A stretch of DNA of 63,828 bases, filler included, from Thraustochytrium aureum (taxonomy: Eukaryota): NCBI GenBank assembly GCA_012862495.1. It is 8 parts of 6 records of this genome, joined end to end, with 100 filler letters (N's around TTAATTAATTAA, not from the genome) between each part and the next. Parts side by side here need not be neighbours in the genome. Positions count along the whole stretch, not along the records: positions 27,602 to 37,890 come from BLSG01000423.1; positions 37,991 to 43,831 come from BLSG01000424.1; positions 43,932 to 54,595 come from BLSG01000425.1; 5 more parts are not named here. The stretch is one strand, 5' to 3'. Shown in pieces: positions 34,855-47,341 of the stretch. Within the stretch, counting starts at the first letter, position 1; the number at the start of each line of letters is the position of its first letter. The translations under genes and the position numbers were made by a program. Below the pieces are notes generated by a model that saw only the letters and a program-made list of their open reading frames with translations, ran no database searches and was not told the origin of the DNA.

Positions 34855-36365
34855 CTAGTTGTAGGCAAGGCCCTGAATCCACCGCGAAACGAGGTCCAGC
34901 GCGGCCTCCGGCTGGTCGCTCGGGACCATGTGGCCCGCGTCGCGGACGACCGCAGTCGTGAGCCCCGCGGCCTGCTTGATGTAGCCGAACACGCGCTTGC
35001 CACCCGGCGCCATGCGCCAGACGTGCTGCGGCTCGGACATGTGCTGCGCCCGGCCCGGCCAGCGGAGCTCGTCAAGGTACCGGCGAGTGAGCGCAGGGTT
35101 GATGATGATGTCCAGCTGCCCGTTGTAGATGAGGACCTTGTAGCCCCCAGCCAGGAGGGCCTCGACTTCCTCGCGCACCGAGACCATAAAGTCGTCTCGC
35201 AGGGCCACCTCGACGCTTTTCGACTCGGCGCCGAATGGGCGGTCCCCGACGTGGATGGCGCGCCGCACTCGCGGGAGCTGCACAAAGTCGCTAAAGTACT
35301 CTTCGTAGGCGGGCTCCTCCGTGTTCAGGTAGTTGAAGTAGTCGGTGAGCCCCGTCACGTTGTAAAAGTAGTTCGGGTACCCAAAAAGGTCGCCGTTCAG
35401 CATCTCGTCCCAGATCAGGAAGGCAGCCCCGAACTCGCCGCGCTTACGTGCCCCACGGCCGCGTCACAATACTCTTGTACGCGCTTTCGCTCCGTCGAGG
35501 TGATTAGGCTCAGCGTGTGCAAGAGGTCCGGGTACCCTCCGAGCTGATTGACCGGGTCCGTCCAGCCGTTCCCCACCGAGACGCCCCTGAGCGGAATCTT
35601 GCTGCGCCCGGCCTCGCGCTCGCGCATCACCTTGTACCCAAACCCGGGCGCCCACTTGCCTCCGTACGACTCGGCAGCGATGTACAGGTCGTGCTCAAGC
35701 AGTTCGGGAAACACCTTGTAAAACTGCTCGAGCAGCTCGTGGAGCTGCGACGCGGCGTCGCCCTCGCCCTTGCTGCTGTTGCACAGCGCGCCGGTCTCGG
35801 AGAAGCTAAACCCGGTCCCAACGGGGTTGTCGATGAACAGCAAGCCGTGCGTGCGGCCCCAGTGCACATCGCGCGGCTGCACGCTGAGGTCTTCATTCAG
35901 CCTGAAGGGTCCCAGCTCGCTAAACATGCCAAACAGCGAGCTCGCGCCGGGTCCGCCCTGCAACCAGATCACGACGGGATACTTTGTCTCCTTTGCGACT
36001 TCGGTGGGCTCCAAAAACCACCAAAACAGGTGGTTTTTCTTCTCCTCCTCGACCGTTGCGAATCCAGCATAGCTCGTCACGCCCGGCAGTATGCTCGGGT
36101 CGGTCACGCGAGTCGCCTCGCGCGCCACCTGCGGTTGCCCAGCGCGCACAAACCTGGTAATATCCACGACGTCCCCGACCTCCGCATCGCTCCCGCCCCA
36201 CCTCTGCCGGGCCTCCCCAACAGTCACGCGCAAGCCCAGCACCAGCACCACGGCCGCCAGCAGAGCCGCCGCGGCGACGGAGGCTTTCCTCGTCCACTTT
36301 TGTGCCGGCTGGCGCCCGGTCTCCGGCGCCCGGGCCGCGTCCAGCAGGGGCAATCCCTTGTCCAT
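34855..36365 (-). CDS. Serine carboxypeptidase S10 (CPVL-like) with an N-terminal membrane anchor; frameshift near 35445
   Basis: IWLQGGPGASS, FIDNPVGTGFS, AESYGG (catalytic Ser), YNGQLD (Asp) and AGHMVPSDQP (His). Confidence 0.92.
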
Positions 36366-36624
36366 GATGTCTCCTGCGCCTTCCGGACGATGTGCTTTTC
36401 CTGAGTAAAGGGCGCCGGTCTCGCGCTGCGGCCCTGCGGCTGCGGCGCCTGCTCGCCTGCGTTGCGGCTCTGGTCTTCGCCCTCGTTCTTGTGACCTCAA
36501 CGACAACGCGTCCCGAGCCGTTGCACAACATCGACAAGGCTCCACCAGAGAGCTCGAGCTCGAGCTAGAGTCAGTCCCCGAACGCCCTGGCGCCGCGAAG
36601 GACGCACGCAAGGACGCACGCGTT

Positions 36625-36880
36625 CCAGCTGGCACTGCATGGCGCTTGGGCGCACGAGCTCCAGCTGGCACAGACGCTAGCTCTCCAGAGAGCCCTTGAG
36701 GACGCGCGAGCTCCAGCTGGCACAGGCCCGCAAGACGCTTGGACGCACGAACACTTTGGCGCCACGCCCCAGCTGGCACAGGCCTGCAAGACACTTGGAC
36801 GCACGTGGTCCTGCTGGCACGGAGTCCCGGACCACAGAGATCCAGTTGGCGCTGGCCTGCACGACACTTGGACGCACGTG
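36625..36880. repeat. Degenerate variable-length tandem array (6 units) anchored on CCAGCTGGCAC...TTGGACGCACG
   Basis: Units start at about 36625, 36661, 36713, 36769, 36810 and 36842, between two divergent genes. Confidence 0.7.
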
Positions 36881-37046
36881 CTCGGGAGTCGTCTCAAGCG
36901 TCGGCTAACAGGCACGACTCGCACGGGACGGGGTGCCTGGCGTCGCTGGACGCGAGCAATCCGTAAATGAATCGCGCCAGTGGCGGGCTGCTCTAGCTAG
37001 CTAGCGAGCTCGCGAGAGAGCGCAGCTCTGCGCGCGGCCGGAAAGT

Positions 37047-37890
37047 ATGGCCGTTCCAGCCGTGTCCGCAGCAGAGCGCCACAAAGCCGAGGTTGAAGCT
37101 GGCGTCCCGCTCGATGCAAGCGGGCTCGACGCGCTCTCAAAACAAGGGGACTGCTGGGCAGCGCAACAAAACTGGCCACGGGCGGCCGAGTCCTACCAGC
37201 GAGCACTCCGTTTTGCAGACCTCCTGCTCGGACATGACCATATCTGGGCTGCGAGCCTCGCCGGCCGTCTTGCTGACGCACTCGACAAAGTGGACGACCC
37301 AGCCGACGAGGCGAGGCGGGCGGAGCTCTGGGATCGGGCCCGAAACCTCTTTCGCCGGGCCTCGCAGACGCAAAAACCAAAGCGGTCGCGCCGGCGGCGG
37401 CCAAAGGGTCTCGCAAGGCAATTAGACGCAGTTGCAAGTGCAACAAGCCTGCGCAACAGTCGAAGGGGCGACAGGAATCTCGTTTCGCTTCAAGAGCTCC
37501 GGCTCGGCGCGCTCCCGCGCGCGGGCTCGAGGGCCAGGCCCCACATTCTCCAGCTCGCCGACCTGACGCCACGGAGCGCTGCTGCTTGCGAAGCGCTTGC
37601 TGTAGCTCCGTCTGAGGTCCAGCTACGCGACTTTCACTCCTTCTACGCGCCAGGGGTGACGCACGCGGCCCAGCGTGCGAGGCTCGACCGCCACGAGCGC
37701 CGCCGCCTGGAGCTACTGGACCAGCTTGAGCTCAAGCGGTGGGAGATATGCAGCGAATCAGAGAGCCAAGCCCGCGCACAAGCTCTCCTCGACAGGCAGG
37801 CACGGGAGCGCGAAGAGCACAGGCAACGACGTCTTGGTGTGGCAACGAAAGGCCCAGCCGCACGACGCTGCAGAACCGAGATGCGCTCTG
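37047..37890 (+). CDS. TPR-like / coiled-coil hypothetical protein, 3'-truncated
   Basis: LSKQGDCWAAQQNWPRAAESYQRALRFADLLLGHDH is a TPR-like pattern of the KLC/NPHP3 type. Confidence 0.6.
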
Positions 37891-38675
37891 NNNNNNNNNN
37901 NNNNNNNNNNNNNNNNNNNNNNNNNNNNNNNNNNTTAATTAATTAANNNNNNNNNNNNNNNNNNNNNNNNNNNNNNNNNNNNNNNNNNNNGTACCCAGAG
38001 GTGCCACCAGTAGCCGCTGCTCGCGGCCCACGCGCGAGGGGAGAACCAGTGGCCGAACGCAGCAGCCACCCACTTGCTTGTGGTGCACACCGAGATGCTA
38101 TTTCGCGGCCTAGTGTCATTCGTGTCGACACCGCTGCGCGCTCCAGCCATTCCGCAGCCCTAAGGCTACTCTACCAACAGACAGGATCTGTTTCACCCTG
38201 TCCTTCCGCTTGTACCTCGTGAGAAGGTCTGCCTGACCTTCAGTTTCTCCACAAGCGCCCCATGCGCTTGACATTGCAGACACATTGCAGTTTCTTTGTG
38301 GATACTGTGTACAGCTATATTCATTTCGAGAGTTGCTCCTGGTCAAGGTGTGCTTCCCCATCGCAGGAATCACTACCAACGGGGTCTGACAAGTCCTCGC
38401 ACGTGACTTTCGTCTCGCACGCGACCCCCAGAAACGCTTCCATGGCTCGCCAGTGTGGCAAGCTGCGCGTCAACGGACGCTAGCTTGAGGCATCCCGTCT
38501 CCTGCCCATTACTCGCCCACTGAGCTACCTGGCCACAACAACACTTTACGAAGCCGAGAAGCATGCCGTCGCACAAATGGACCAGCGGCGGAGAGCGACT
38601 TCCACTTGCCCCCACGTGGAAGGCGAGCTCGAGGCTGGGATGAATGGCTTGGATGGATGGATGGGAACGAGCACG

Positions 38676-41600
38676 CTAACATTCGCGCTCTGATCCTCCT
38701 TGATCGCTTGGACCGTTTCGCGAGCTCAGCAGCCGTCGCCGTTCCTCAAACCCGATCGAGCTTGCGCTCGGAGGCTTGGGCTTTTTCGCCTGGATCACCT
38801 TGAGGCGCCTGGACTTGCTCCCCTCGTCAGGGTTCCGAAGCTTTCGTTCAGGCCGTTTGCGCTTCCTCGCCTCCGCCCGCTCTTTCTGGCGCGAGCGAGT
38901 GTTGCACGCCAATCCACCACTCTCCTCGGCCATCTGAGATGCTGCCAGCTCGGTGCCCACTCGTACACAACTGAGCGAGCCGGATTGACCAAAGTCCCGC
39001 TCGTAAATTTCCTCCGTCGTAAGCCCGCGTTGACGCAGAGATGACCCGACTCGTTCATGGTTCAAAGGTTGCGCAGGCTGCATGGGCTTGTGCAGAAACG
39101 CAAACACTTCAGCAACCTTGGTCTCCATCGCAGCAATCTCGCTCAAAGGGATGTTTGGGTCCTCGAGGATTGTCGCTCGGAGGGCCTTGGTCTGATCAAG
39201 CGCTTCTCCCCTTGACAAGGCGTTGTCAATGTCGACGTCTACGGTAGCGGATAGACTTTTGACGCCCTCGTTGATGGTGTCGAGAAGGACGCGTCGACGG
39301 TCCTCAGNNNNNNNNNNNNNNNNNNNNNNNNNNNNNNNNNNNNNNNNNNNNNNNNNNNNNNNNNNNNNNNNNNNNNNNNNNNNNNNNNNNNNNNNNNNNN
39401 NNNNNNNNNNNNNNNNNNNNNNNNNNNNNNNNNNNNNNNNNNNNNNNNNNNNNNNNNNNNNNNNNNNNCCTTTTGAAGCTCCGCAGCCTTCGCCCTCTCG
39501 CGGTCCAGCGCAGACTCGAACTCGCGAGCCGCGTAACCCGAGCCGTCGCCTGAGGTAAGACGCGCTGTCCCACCGCTGCTGAGCCGAACAATGTTTCTCC
39601 ACGCGAGCGAGCGCTTCCTCTCCGTCCCAGTAGCAGATTTTTCAAAGCTTCCTGCGACTCCGCAGGACGTGTGCGTGAAGCTGCCGAGGGCAGCCAACGC
39701 CTGCTCTGTGCCACGGTGTAAAACGGACTTGTTCGCCGGCAGGACGATACGACTTGGCCGAGACAAAAGTTCCATCAGTCTCGCGTGTTTCAAAGCAACT
39801 GACAAGGCAACTGTCGAGTCGCCTCGCGTTGCCTCTGCCTCCCGACTGCTGCGTTTGCGTTGGTCAAAGGTGCGAGATTGCTTTTCAAGCCGCCCGCCCG
39901 CTCGACCCGGTCCAGGCTCGCGCGAGAACGAATTGGCTGTCTGAAGTATCTCAATAGGAACGCCTTTGAACTCGAGGGCTGCCATGGAGAGAGCCGCTGT
40001 CGCTGCTTTAACTCGCTTCTTCGCTTCGTGCCACTCGACAACCCTTGGGTCGTTGAAGACAGAGCGGTGCCCCCACGATCCTTGCTCCACTGCATCGCTT
40101 TCAGGACCATGACCGCGGTACTCGAGAGCACACCAAGATGCCTTGCCATATCTTCATACGCAGCCTCCTGGCCTCCCAGTGGGTCATTGATCGGTCCCAT
40201 GTCGATACTTGGGATATTGCAACCAAGACCTGGAGAGCCTCCGTCGTCGGCTGCGTCCTCGTCAGACTCGCAGGCCGGCACGAGGTCGATGCCGCCTTCA
40301 ACCTCGCAGTTTTCTACTTCCCCGTCAGGGCATGGCGCACTCCTTGCGAACGGTCCCAACAGCTGGCGGTGGGCGTCTACCTTGTGCGCGACCTTGTGTA
40401 CGTGGGTCAGGTGCCACGTTCTGAGATTGCTCAGGAGCGTGTCGACGCGGGCACTGCGCTTTCCGTCCATTTGGTCATACTTGAAGCTGCGGTGGAAGGC
40501 TTCCAAGACCATGTTGACTCGACGGACACGGCCAGAGACCATGCAGCTAGAGTACTTGAGACGAGGAAATGTAGCCCATCGAATCGCCTTGATGCTTTCG
40601 CTCGAGTCGCCATAGTACGAGAACAGCTGTTCGAGCCACTTGGCGTACTCGACCTGAACCGTCTTCCACGAGTCCCGTTCGTGCGCAAGGTCCCGTAGCC
40701 TGGCCAAGCCAACGTCAAAGTCTTGCGCTGTTGGTGCCTGGAGTATCGCAGTGAGGTGGCACAGGACAATGACCTTGAATCGACTACGTGCCCCAGCGTC
40801 CGACAAGCCAGGCAGGCGAAGCTCACCAACGCGTTTCGACCATGCTTTGGCGACGTGCCACTGGCACCAGACAAGCTTGAGGCGTTCTGGACCGCCGTTT
40901 GAATCGAGGGCGAGCTTAAACCCCTGGAAGAAAGTTTCGCACATGTCCGACATGAGCACCTGGGGAGCCCATACCTCTGCCGATGCGCAGTCATTGAAAC
41001 GAACTGCCTTTTCAACCTCGCGCTTGACAACCAGAGCAAACGCGCGGACCACCTCAATAGTCTCGCGGTTTGTGATGAGGTGAGCAACACATCGTGAACC
41101 CCCGTCGTCGTCAAGGGTAAAGATGGTAACCAACTTGAGGTTGGCGACCATTGTCACGCAGTGAGTCGAATCGATCATAACCAAATCCCCAAACCTAGCC
41201 GCCGCACGTCGCCCGTGGTCTGTCATCATGACGATGAAAAATATGCTTTCGTCATCGAGCTCTGGAGCGCCCTCAGGGAGGCCATGGAACGACTCAACCG
41301 AGGAGCCAGGTATCGTGTTGTTGGAGTTGAGCTTGAACGCTGGGTACAGCTCACCAATGATCGCTTTGCTCGCGATTTGGACGCGGTCTTGCTCGCGGCG
41401 ACCCAACAAGGTTTTGCGCACGCTCTCCCAGTCGCTGCGGTCCATCTCTATGCCAAAGCCAAACCGCCGGCGCATTGACGCGATAAGGTGGATCGTGTAG
41501 CGCTTGAACTCGGTGACCTCGTTGAGGCTAAGAAACCGCGCGTTCAACAGCTCGAGTACCTTGCGGTCCGCATGGCCTTGCTGGAGAAACTCGACGATGG

Positions 41601-43831
41601 CGCGACGCACTTCAGCCCGTGCGTGTTGTAGCGAGGTATTGTCCCTGACCTCGCAGTGGCAGTGACGTCTGAACGGATACACCTGAAGCACAACACGACC
41701 TGAGCTAAACGTGACCGACTGGAACTTTGCTCCGCACGACCCTTTCCCATCTTCTGCCCCGCGTTTGCATGAGCACAAGCAAGATGGCCCAGAACTGCCT
41801 TGCGCACGGCCTTCCTCTAGCGAGCCGCGCGTGGGAAGGCCAGGCTCTGGCTGTTCAAAGCCTGCTCGCACAGCCCTGTCCTCGGAGGCGTCCAAAAGCG
41901 GACTCGCCAAATCTCGTTCTTGGGAGCCTGTTGCAGTTGCGACGACTTGAAAGCTCGTCGACGAACTGGCTGATTCATCGCCTGGCGATGAGCACTGCCG
42001 CCAACTCGGGTCTGCCCGATTTGGACGAGACGTGGTAGCAAGGTCTGCGGCGTTCTCAGCATGTGGCAGCGAGGACAAAGACACAGACCCTGCACCACCC
42101 ACTGCAGAAGCGACGACGTCCACTGGGACACCTCGGCTCGGCTGCACCGCATTCAACGCGAGAGGTGGGGCAGATGACGCCGCCGAGACTGCCTCGAGAA
42201 GGAGGTCGTTCGCTGCGTCCAGTGAATCAGCTGTGGTCAAATCATCCAACATGCCAGCCGCTGTTTGAGGCACAGCGATCGGCTCCTGAGTTGACGCCAC
42301 CAAGTCAGCCAGATCGCATTCAGCCTCTGCGTCGGCCTGCCTCGCTGCAGGCGTGGCAGTAGCTCTGCTTGAGTCATCTGTGCTGAATGCTGGAATGGTG
42401 CTTCGCGACGCTTTTGCGCGCGACGCAACGTTGGCTCGTCCAGTCGTGACGCGCCTCTTGACCTTGAGAGACTTGAACATGTAGTCGACCGAGGCGAGCC
42501 ACTGAGCAAAAGCGACCAACCCGTTCTTCAAGTGGACGCGTTGCGCCTTCAGCAGCTGAGGCCCAGTCGTAGATAGGTCCAGGATGGTGGGCGTGACGTC
42601 GGTCGTGACAGCCTGCTCAGCAGCTTTCACGACATCGTCAGCTCCTGGCCACTCGCCTGAGATGTGTTTGAACTGCTCCTGGAGGCTGTCTGAGATGTCT
42701 TCGACACCAATAACAGGCTCAACCCCATCAGCATACTTTCCGCACTGCCATTGCGACCAGAAACGGTCAAGTTCGACAAATTGGGCAAAAGCGCACGTCT
42801 CCGCGTGCTCTACAATCCGCATTGAAAGCGCCCACTCTGCCTCCGAAGTGCCTGAACCCTCCTTCTTCCGCTGAAGGAATTCCGAAATCCGGCTGACCTT
42901 GAGCGCGTCGAAGATTTGCTTGCGTTTTTTCTGGTCGCGAAAAGCGTCCTCAAACCTGTCCATGTGCGCGTTGCGCTTGAGAGATACAATGTAGCCTCGT
43001 CTGTACTCCTTTGTCACAGATTGCAGCATGTCACAGTCAAGGCCCGCTTGGGTTTCCAGACGCGAAATACGGGGCTTGGAGTTGCTTTGCACCCCATGGA
43101 TGCAGGCGTAGTATGCGGTCTTGAGAATCGTTTGCGGGACTCCGCTCACGGCCTCCTGGCTCAAAGCAGAATCTGTCAACAGGCGGACCTGCGCGATGGC
43201 CTCCTCCACGATGGTGAGAAGAGCTTGCGTGTTCTTCTGTCTCTTCGTGAGTCTCGCGAAAACAGGAAACTTGCCATCGAGTTTTTCAAGAAGACGCTTG
43301 TGTATCGCGTTGCCTTTGATCTTCGTCGAAATCGTCTCCTCAGGTCGCACTGGCGAGCCGCGAATCGGGGTGGTGTCCCACAGCGAGCGTACGGCCAGAG
43401 AATGGCCAGGGATCTCGGTGACGTGTTTCTCATCGCAGACGCTCAGAGCTGCTTTCACGAGCTGCAGCACTTGGGTCTCGACGCTGGCGAGAACTTGGTC
43501 CTGAGGTGTGACCATCAGCGCTTGACATGCCAGATCGTCACTGCCACTGTTCTCGGGGTCCTCAATTGGTGAGCAACCGCCAACACCATTCAGCACGTAC
43601 TCGATGTAGACCTCCGTCCAGCGCTGAAGGTCCTTAAGTCTCTCTTCGAGCAGCGATGCAGTGTCTTTGAGGCCACGACCTTTTGCCGCCATCCACTCAG
43701 CCTCACTTTGCAGCTTAACTTCTGTCGATTTCTTGCAGCTCATTGTGGCGTCAAAAGAGAGGAACTCTGCAGCTCGCTCGGCGTCATCAAGGTTTGAGAA
43801 AATCAGATTGATCGTCGCGCCTTTGCTTTCA
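38676..43831 (-). mobile_element. Mutator-like (MULE) DNA transposon with a very long transposase ORF; 5'-open, frameshift near 40100, gap 39308-39468
   Basis: Catalytic pattern VMIDSTH (D), VLMSDMCE (D), WCQWHVAKAW (CxxH) and NMVLEAFHRSFK (E). It is preceded by a WRKY/FAR1-like CSCK...CGAKF...HCH zinc motif. GC3 looks lower than in host genes. Confidence 0.85.
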
Positions 43832-44327
43832 NNNNNNNNNNNNNNNNNNNNNNNNNNNNNNNNNNNNNNNNNNNNTTAATTAATTAANNNNNNNNNNNNN
43901 NNNNNNNNNNNNNNNNNNNNNNNNNNNNNNNACGCGTTCCTCTCCAAGGCGCTGGCGATCTTCACGGCGGTGCTGGGCACCGACCACCCCAACACGAAAT
44001 CCACCCAAACCTGGCTCGACGACCTCTGAGCTTGTAACGGACAACTCGGCTTCTGTTGCTCCTTCGTTGCTGCCACTAGTGCGCGCTCGTTCCCCTGTAA
44101 ATAAAGAACTGTGCGCGCGTTCCCTGATTTTCAAAGGTGTGCACTCGTTCCTCATCTCTCCGTGAGGTGCGCGCGTGTTCCTACATCGGTCATCATCGGA
44201 CAGAACAGATTTGGCCTACAACTCGGCGGTGAGTGTGCGAATCCAATTGCGCCGCCCGACTCCATGCCTCACGACCGAGTCACGACTCACAAGTGCTTCT
44301 GGGACTTGCTGAACTCACTGGCAGGCT

Positions 44328-44400
44328 GGCAGGCCTACTGTGCTTGGTCTGGCAGGCCTACTTTGCTTGGTCTGGCAGGCCTACTTTGCTTGGTCTGGCA
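44328..44400. repeat. 23-bp tandem repeat, 3 copies
   Basis: GGCAGGCCTACT(G/T)TGCTTGGTCT starts at 44328, 44351 and 44374. Confidence 0.92.
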
Positions 44401-44581
44401 TACCCTGTCGATGTCGCTGCCGCTGCGTGCGTCTCGGCGCGCCTCGAGACTGCTCGCGAAACTGGCAGCGCGACCAGACCAGACCCACAACGACCTCAAG
44501 CCCAGCAACCGCATCAACGCAGTTTAGCAACCACACGCCAGCAACCTCGTCGACGCCAGCAATCGCATCTACGCGAACGAG

Positions 44582-45205
44582 ATGGCAAAGGTGACGCAAG
44601 GCGCGGACCTGGCGGCGTTTTACGGGCCCGAGACGGCGAGCAGCTATGCGGCCACCATGGACGAGGAGCTGGTCAAGGTGATGCCAGACCTGGTCCAGCT
44701 GCTCGAGGGCGCGCCCGAGGGCCCGGTGCTGGACACGTCCTGTGGCAGCGGGCATATGCTCGAGTTTATCGGCGCCAAGCAGCCCGCGCGCGCGCTGAGG
44801 GGCATCGACTTGTCGCCTGACATGCTCAAGATCGCTGCGGGAAGGGTGCCGCAGGCCGCGCTGCGCCACGGCGATATGCTTGAGGCTGGCAAGGACGCCA
44901 CTGCGCCGGACGTGGCGCTGCTGCTCAACACCTTTGCGCTGCACCACGTGACGTCCGCGCAGGCGGAAGAGGCCATCGCGAACTGGGCGTCGATGCTGGT
45001 GCCGGCGGGCCGCATGTACGTCGCCATTTGGGAGGGCACGGGCCAGATCGACTATGGCGACATGAAGATGGAGGGCGTGCTGTACACCAAGGAGAGCTTG
45101 ACGGGCTGGCTGGTCAAGGCCGGCCTCACGGTGCTCATGCAGCGCGAGTTCATGGAGGAGGAGATGGGCATGAATTCGCTCTACGTCATTGCCCAGAAAG
45201 AATAG
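44582..45205 (+). CDS. Class I SAM-dependent methyltransferase (Methyltransf_25-like), intronless
   Basis: VLDTSCGSG, GIDLSPDML, GDML, FALHHV and LVPAGR. Confidence 0.9.
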   Translation: MAKVTQGADLAAFYGPETASSYAATMDEELVKVMPDLVQLLEGAPEGPVLDTSCGSGHMLEFIGAKQPARALRGIDLSPDMLKIAAGRVPQAALRHGDMLEAGKDATAPDVALLLNTFALHHVTSAQAEEAIANWASMLVPAGRMYVAIWEGTGQIDYGDMKMEGVLYTKESLTGWLVKAGLTVLMQREFMEEEMGMNSLYVIAQKE

Positions 45206-46210
45206 CAACCAAGGATTTGTTTTTTCGTTTTTGAAACCCCGCCAGCGCGGCCGACCCGCAGCCTCTCTATCGGCAGGGGCAGGTGCTGGTTCGCGATGTA
45301 TCTGCAGAGCGCTTTGCGCGCTGCTGGCCTGCGTCCCGCGCGGCAAGCAGAATTGTGCAGTCTGACTTGCCGAGCGGAAGGCGACAACTGGAGTTCATTC
45401 CCGGCTGCGCAGAGTTCGCGACAGAGGCTCGCTCGGCAGGTGCGCCAATCACAAGCCGATTTGACGCTCTGCTGCGTGCTATTGGCGGGATGTCGTCCAA
45501 TCGATCGACCGCGACAAATCGTGCTACTTGGAGCTGAACCCCTCCCTTCGTTTCGACAAAGGACGCTCCGCTGACCCACTGGGTTCGCGCACGGTATTTA
45601 GCTAAAGAGCAGGCGGCGGCGCGCCCGCCAAGGCTCTGCGCGCCGACTCGTTTGGCGCGGATGGCCGGCTGCAGCGCCCAGAGCCGAATCGTCCCTCCAG
45701 GTCAAATTCGCTCACACAAGTTTCCATCACGACGACGCGTCGCCGTCCACGGCCAGGCCGCTCAAGAGGATGGGCCACGATAGAACGCAGCCGCGGGACG
45801 CCCGCCGCTCCTGGCCAGCCAGCACACTTGCTGCTCGGGATGTGCGGCCGTCGGTCGTGGCGCTGAATGCAAGGAAATCGTTCGAGTCTGGCTGAAACGG
45901 AATCCGCCCTAGCCCCGAAGTGCAGGATCCCCGCAACTTGCGGACAAACCTCGCCGCACCAGGCCCCGCGGTGCGCCCTGCGATAAGCCGAGCACTTGGC
46001 GACCTGCACCGCTTGCGCAGCTGAATGCAAAGTGGCACGGTATGCAAGGTTGGTCGTTTGTGAACGCGTCGCTGTATTGGCGACGTGGGCCGCCTGGCGC
46101 AAACCCGAATCGTACCCGGCGGCGATCGAACGATTGATCGATCGATCGGTCGATCGATCGATCGGTGGTTTCACATCAACACGCGCCTTACTACTTGATT
46201 GGAGGGAGCG

Positions 46211-47179
46211 ATGGCCACCAACTACAGCTTTGCTCTGCAGGGCGCTGGGATCGCCATCGTTGTGGCCGTGTCCGTGGCCGGCGTTCTGCTGCCCGTGGTT
46301 CTGCCAGAGCGCCCGGCGTCTCGCGCTGCCCAGCTGGGCCTCCTCGCCATCAAGGGCTGTGCTGTGGGCATTGTGCTGGCCACAGCCTTTGTGCACCTCA
46401 TCGCCGAGTCGCAAGAGTACATGGAGGAGCTGGGGTGGCTCTCGAACTTTAGCGCGCTTCCAGCCGCCCTTGCGCTTTCAGGCATTCTTTTCATGGCCGG
46501 GTTCGACCTTGTACCTGGCGGCCACTCACACGGCCACGGCCACACGCACAGTGACGCGGCCGCAGGAGGTACGAGCGACGACAAGGCCTGCGAGTCCGCC
46601 AACTACCGCATGGACCCCGTCGAGCTCGAGATTTGCGACGAGAGCAACAGTGACGCTCTGCGGAGCGCGTCTCTTGCAGATGACGACCGCGTCGATCAAG
46701 GTCTCCGCGTGTCGACCGTCGTCTTGATGGAGGCTAGCGTGCTGTCGCACTCGCTGCTGGTCGGCTACACGCTCGGTCTGTTGCCCGTGGACAATTGGAC
46801 CACGTTGGTGATCGCAATCGCTTTCCACCAGTTCTTTGAGGGCATCGCGCTCGGCCAGGCTATGCGCGGGGTCAAATTCACGTTCAAGAAATGCGTGTGC
46901 GTCGCTTTGGCGTTCTCGCTCATCACCGGACTCGGAATTGCGCTTGGCATGACAACCATTGCCGTGACCGGCAATAGCACAATGTCCCCAACAATCATGG
47001 CTGTCGTGGCCGTCCTCGAGGCCTTCTGCGGTGGGCTGCTGTGCTATGTTGCCTTTGCGCTCTGGTTCGGCTGGTTTGTCAACGCAAACCACGGTGCTTC
47101 AGCTGCCGACCGCGTGGCTTCCTTCGTAGGCCTCACCGTTGGGCTGAGCATTATGGTGGTCATCAGGATTTGGGCATAA
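46211..47179 (+). CDS. ZIP-family zinc/iron permease
   Basis: GIVLATAFVHLI, the His-rich loop HSHGHGHTH, VLSHSLLVG and FHQFFEGIALG. Confidence 0.93.
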   Translation: MATNYSFALQGAGIAIVVAVSVAGVLLPVVLPERPASRAAQLGLLAIKGCAVGIVLATAFVHLIAESQEYMEELGWLSNFSALPAALALSGILFMAGFDLVPGGHSHGHGHTHSDAAAGGTSDDKACESANYRMDPVELEICDESNSDALRSASLADDDRVDQGLRVSTVVLMEASVLSHSLLVGYTLGLLPVDNWTTLVIAIAFHQFFEGIALGQAMRGVKFTFKKCVCVALAFSLITGLGIALGMTTIAVTGNSTMSPTIMAVVAVLEAFCGGLLCYVAFALWFGWFVNANHGASAADRVASFVGLTVGLSIMVVIRIWA

Positions 47180-47341
47180 GGCCGCGACATCGCCGCCTTC
47201 GCTGCTCTTGCTTCGTAATTTTGTCACGTTGGCGTCTGCGCTGCTGCGACGCGTTACAGCAACCCTCAATCGCGGCCCAGCCCAATTTCGGACGGCTCGG
47301 CGGCAGGGCTACGGCAGTGCTCGGCAGTCGGCATCAATCCT

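Noticed and set aside
36625..36880. CRISPR-like repeat-spacer array
   Set aside because: The conserved part is only about 11 bp, and the 'spacers' are related to each other and irregular in length.
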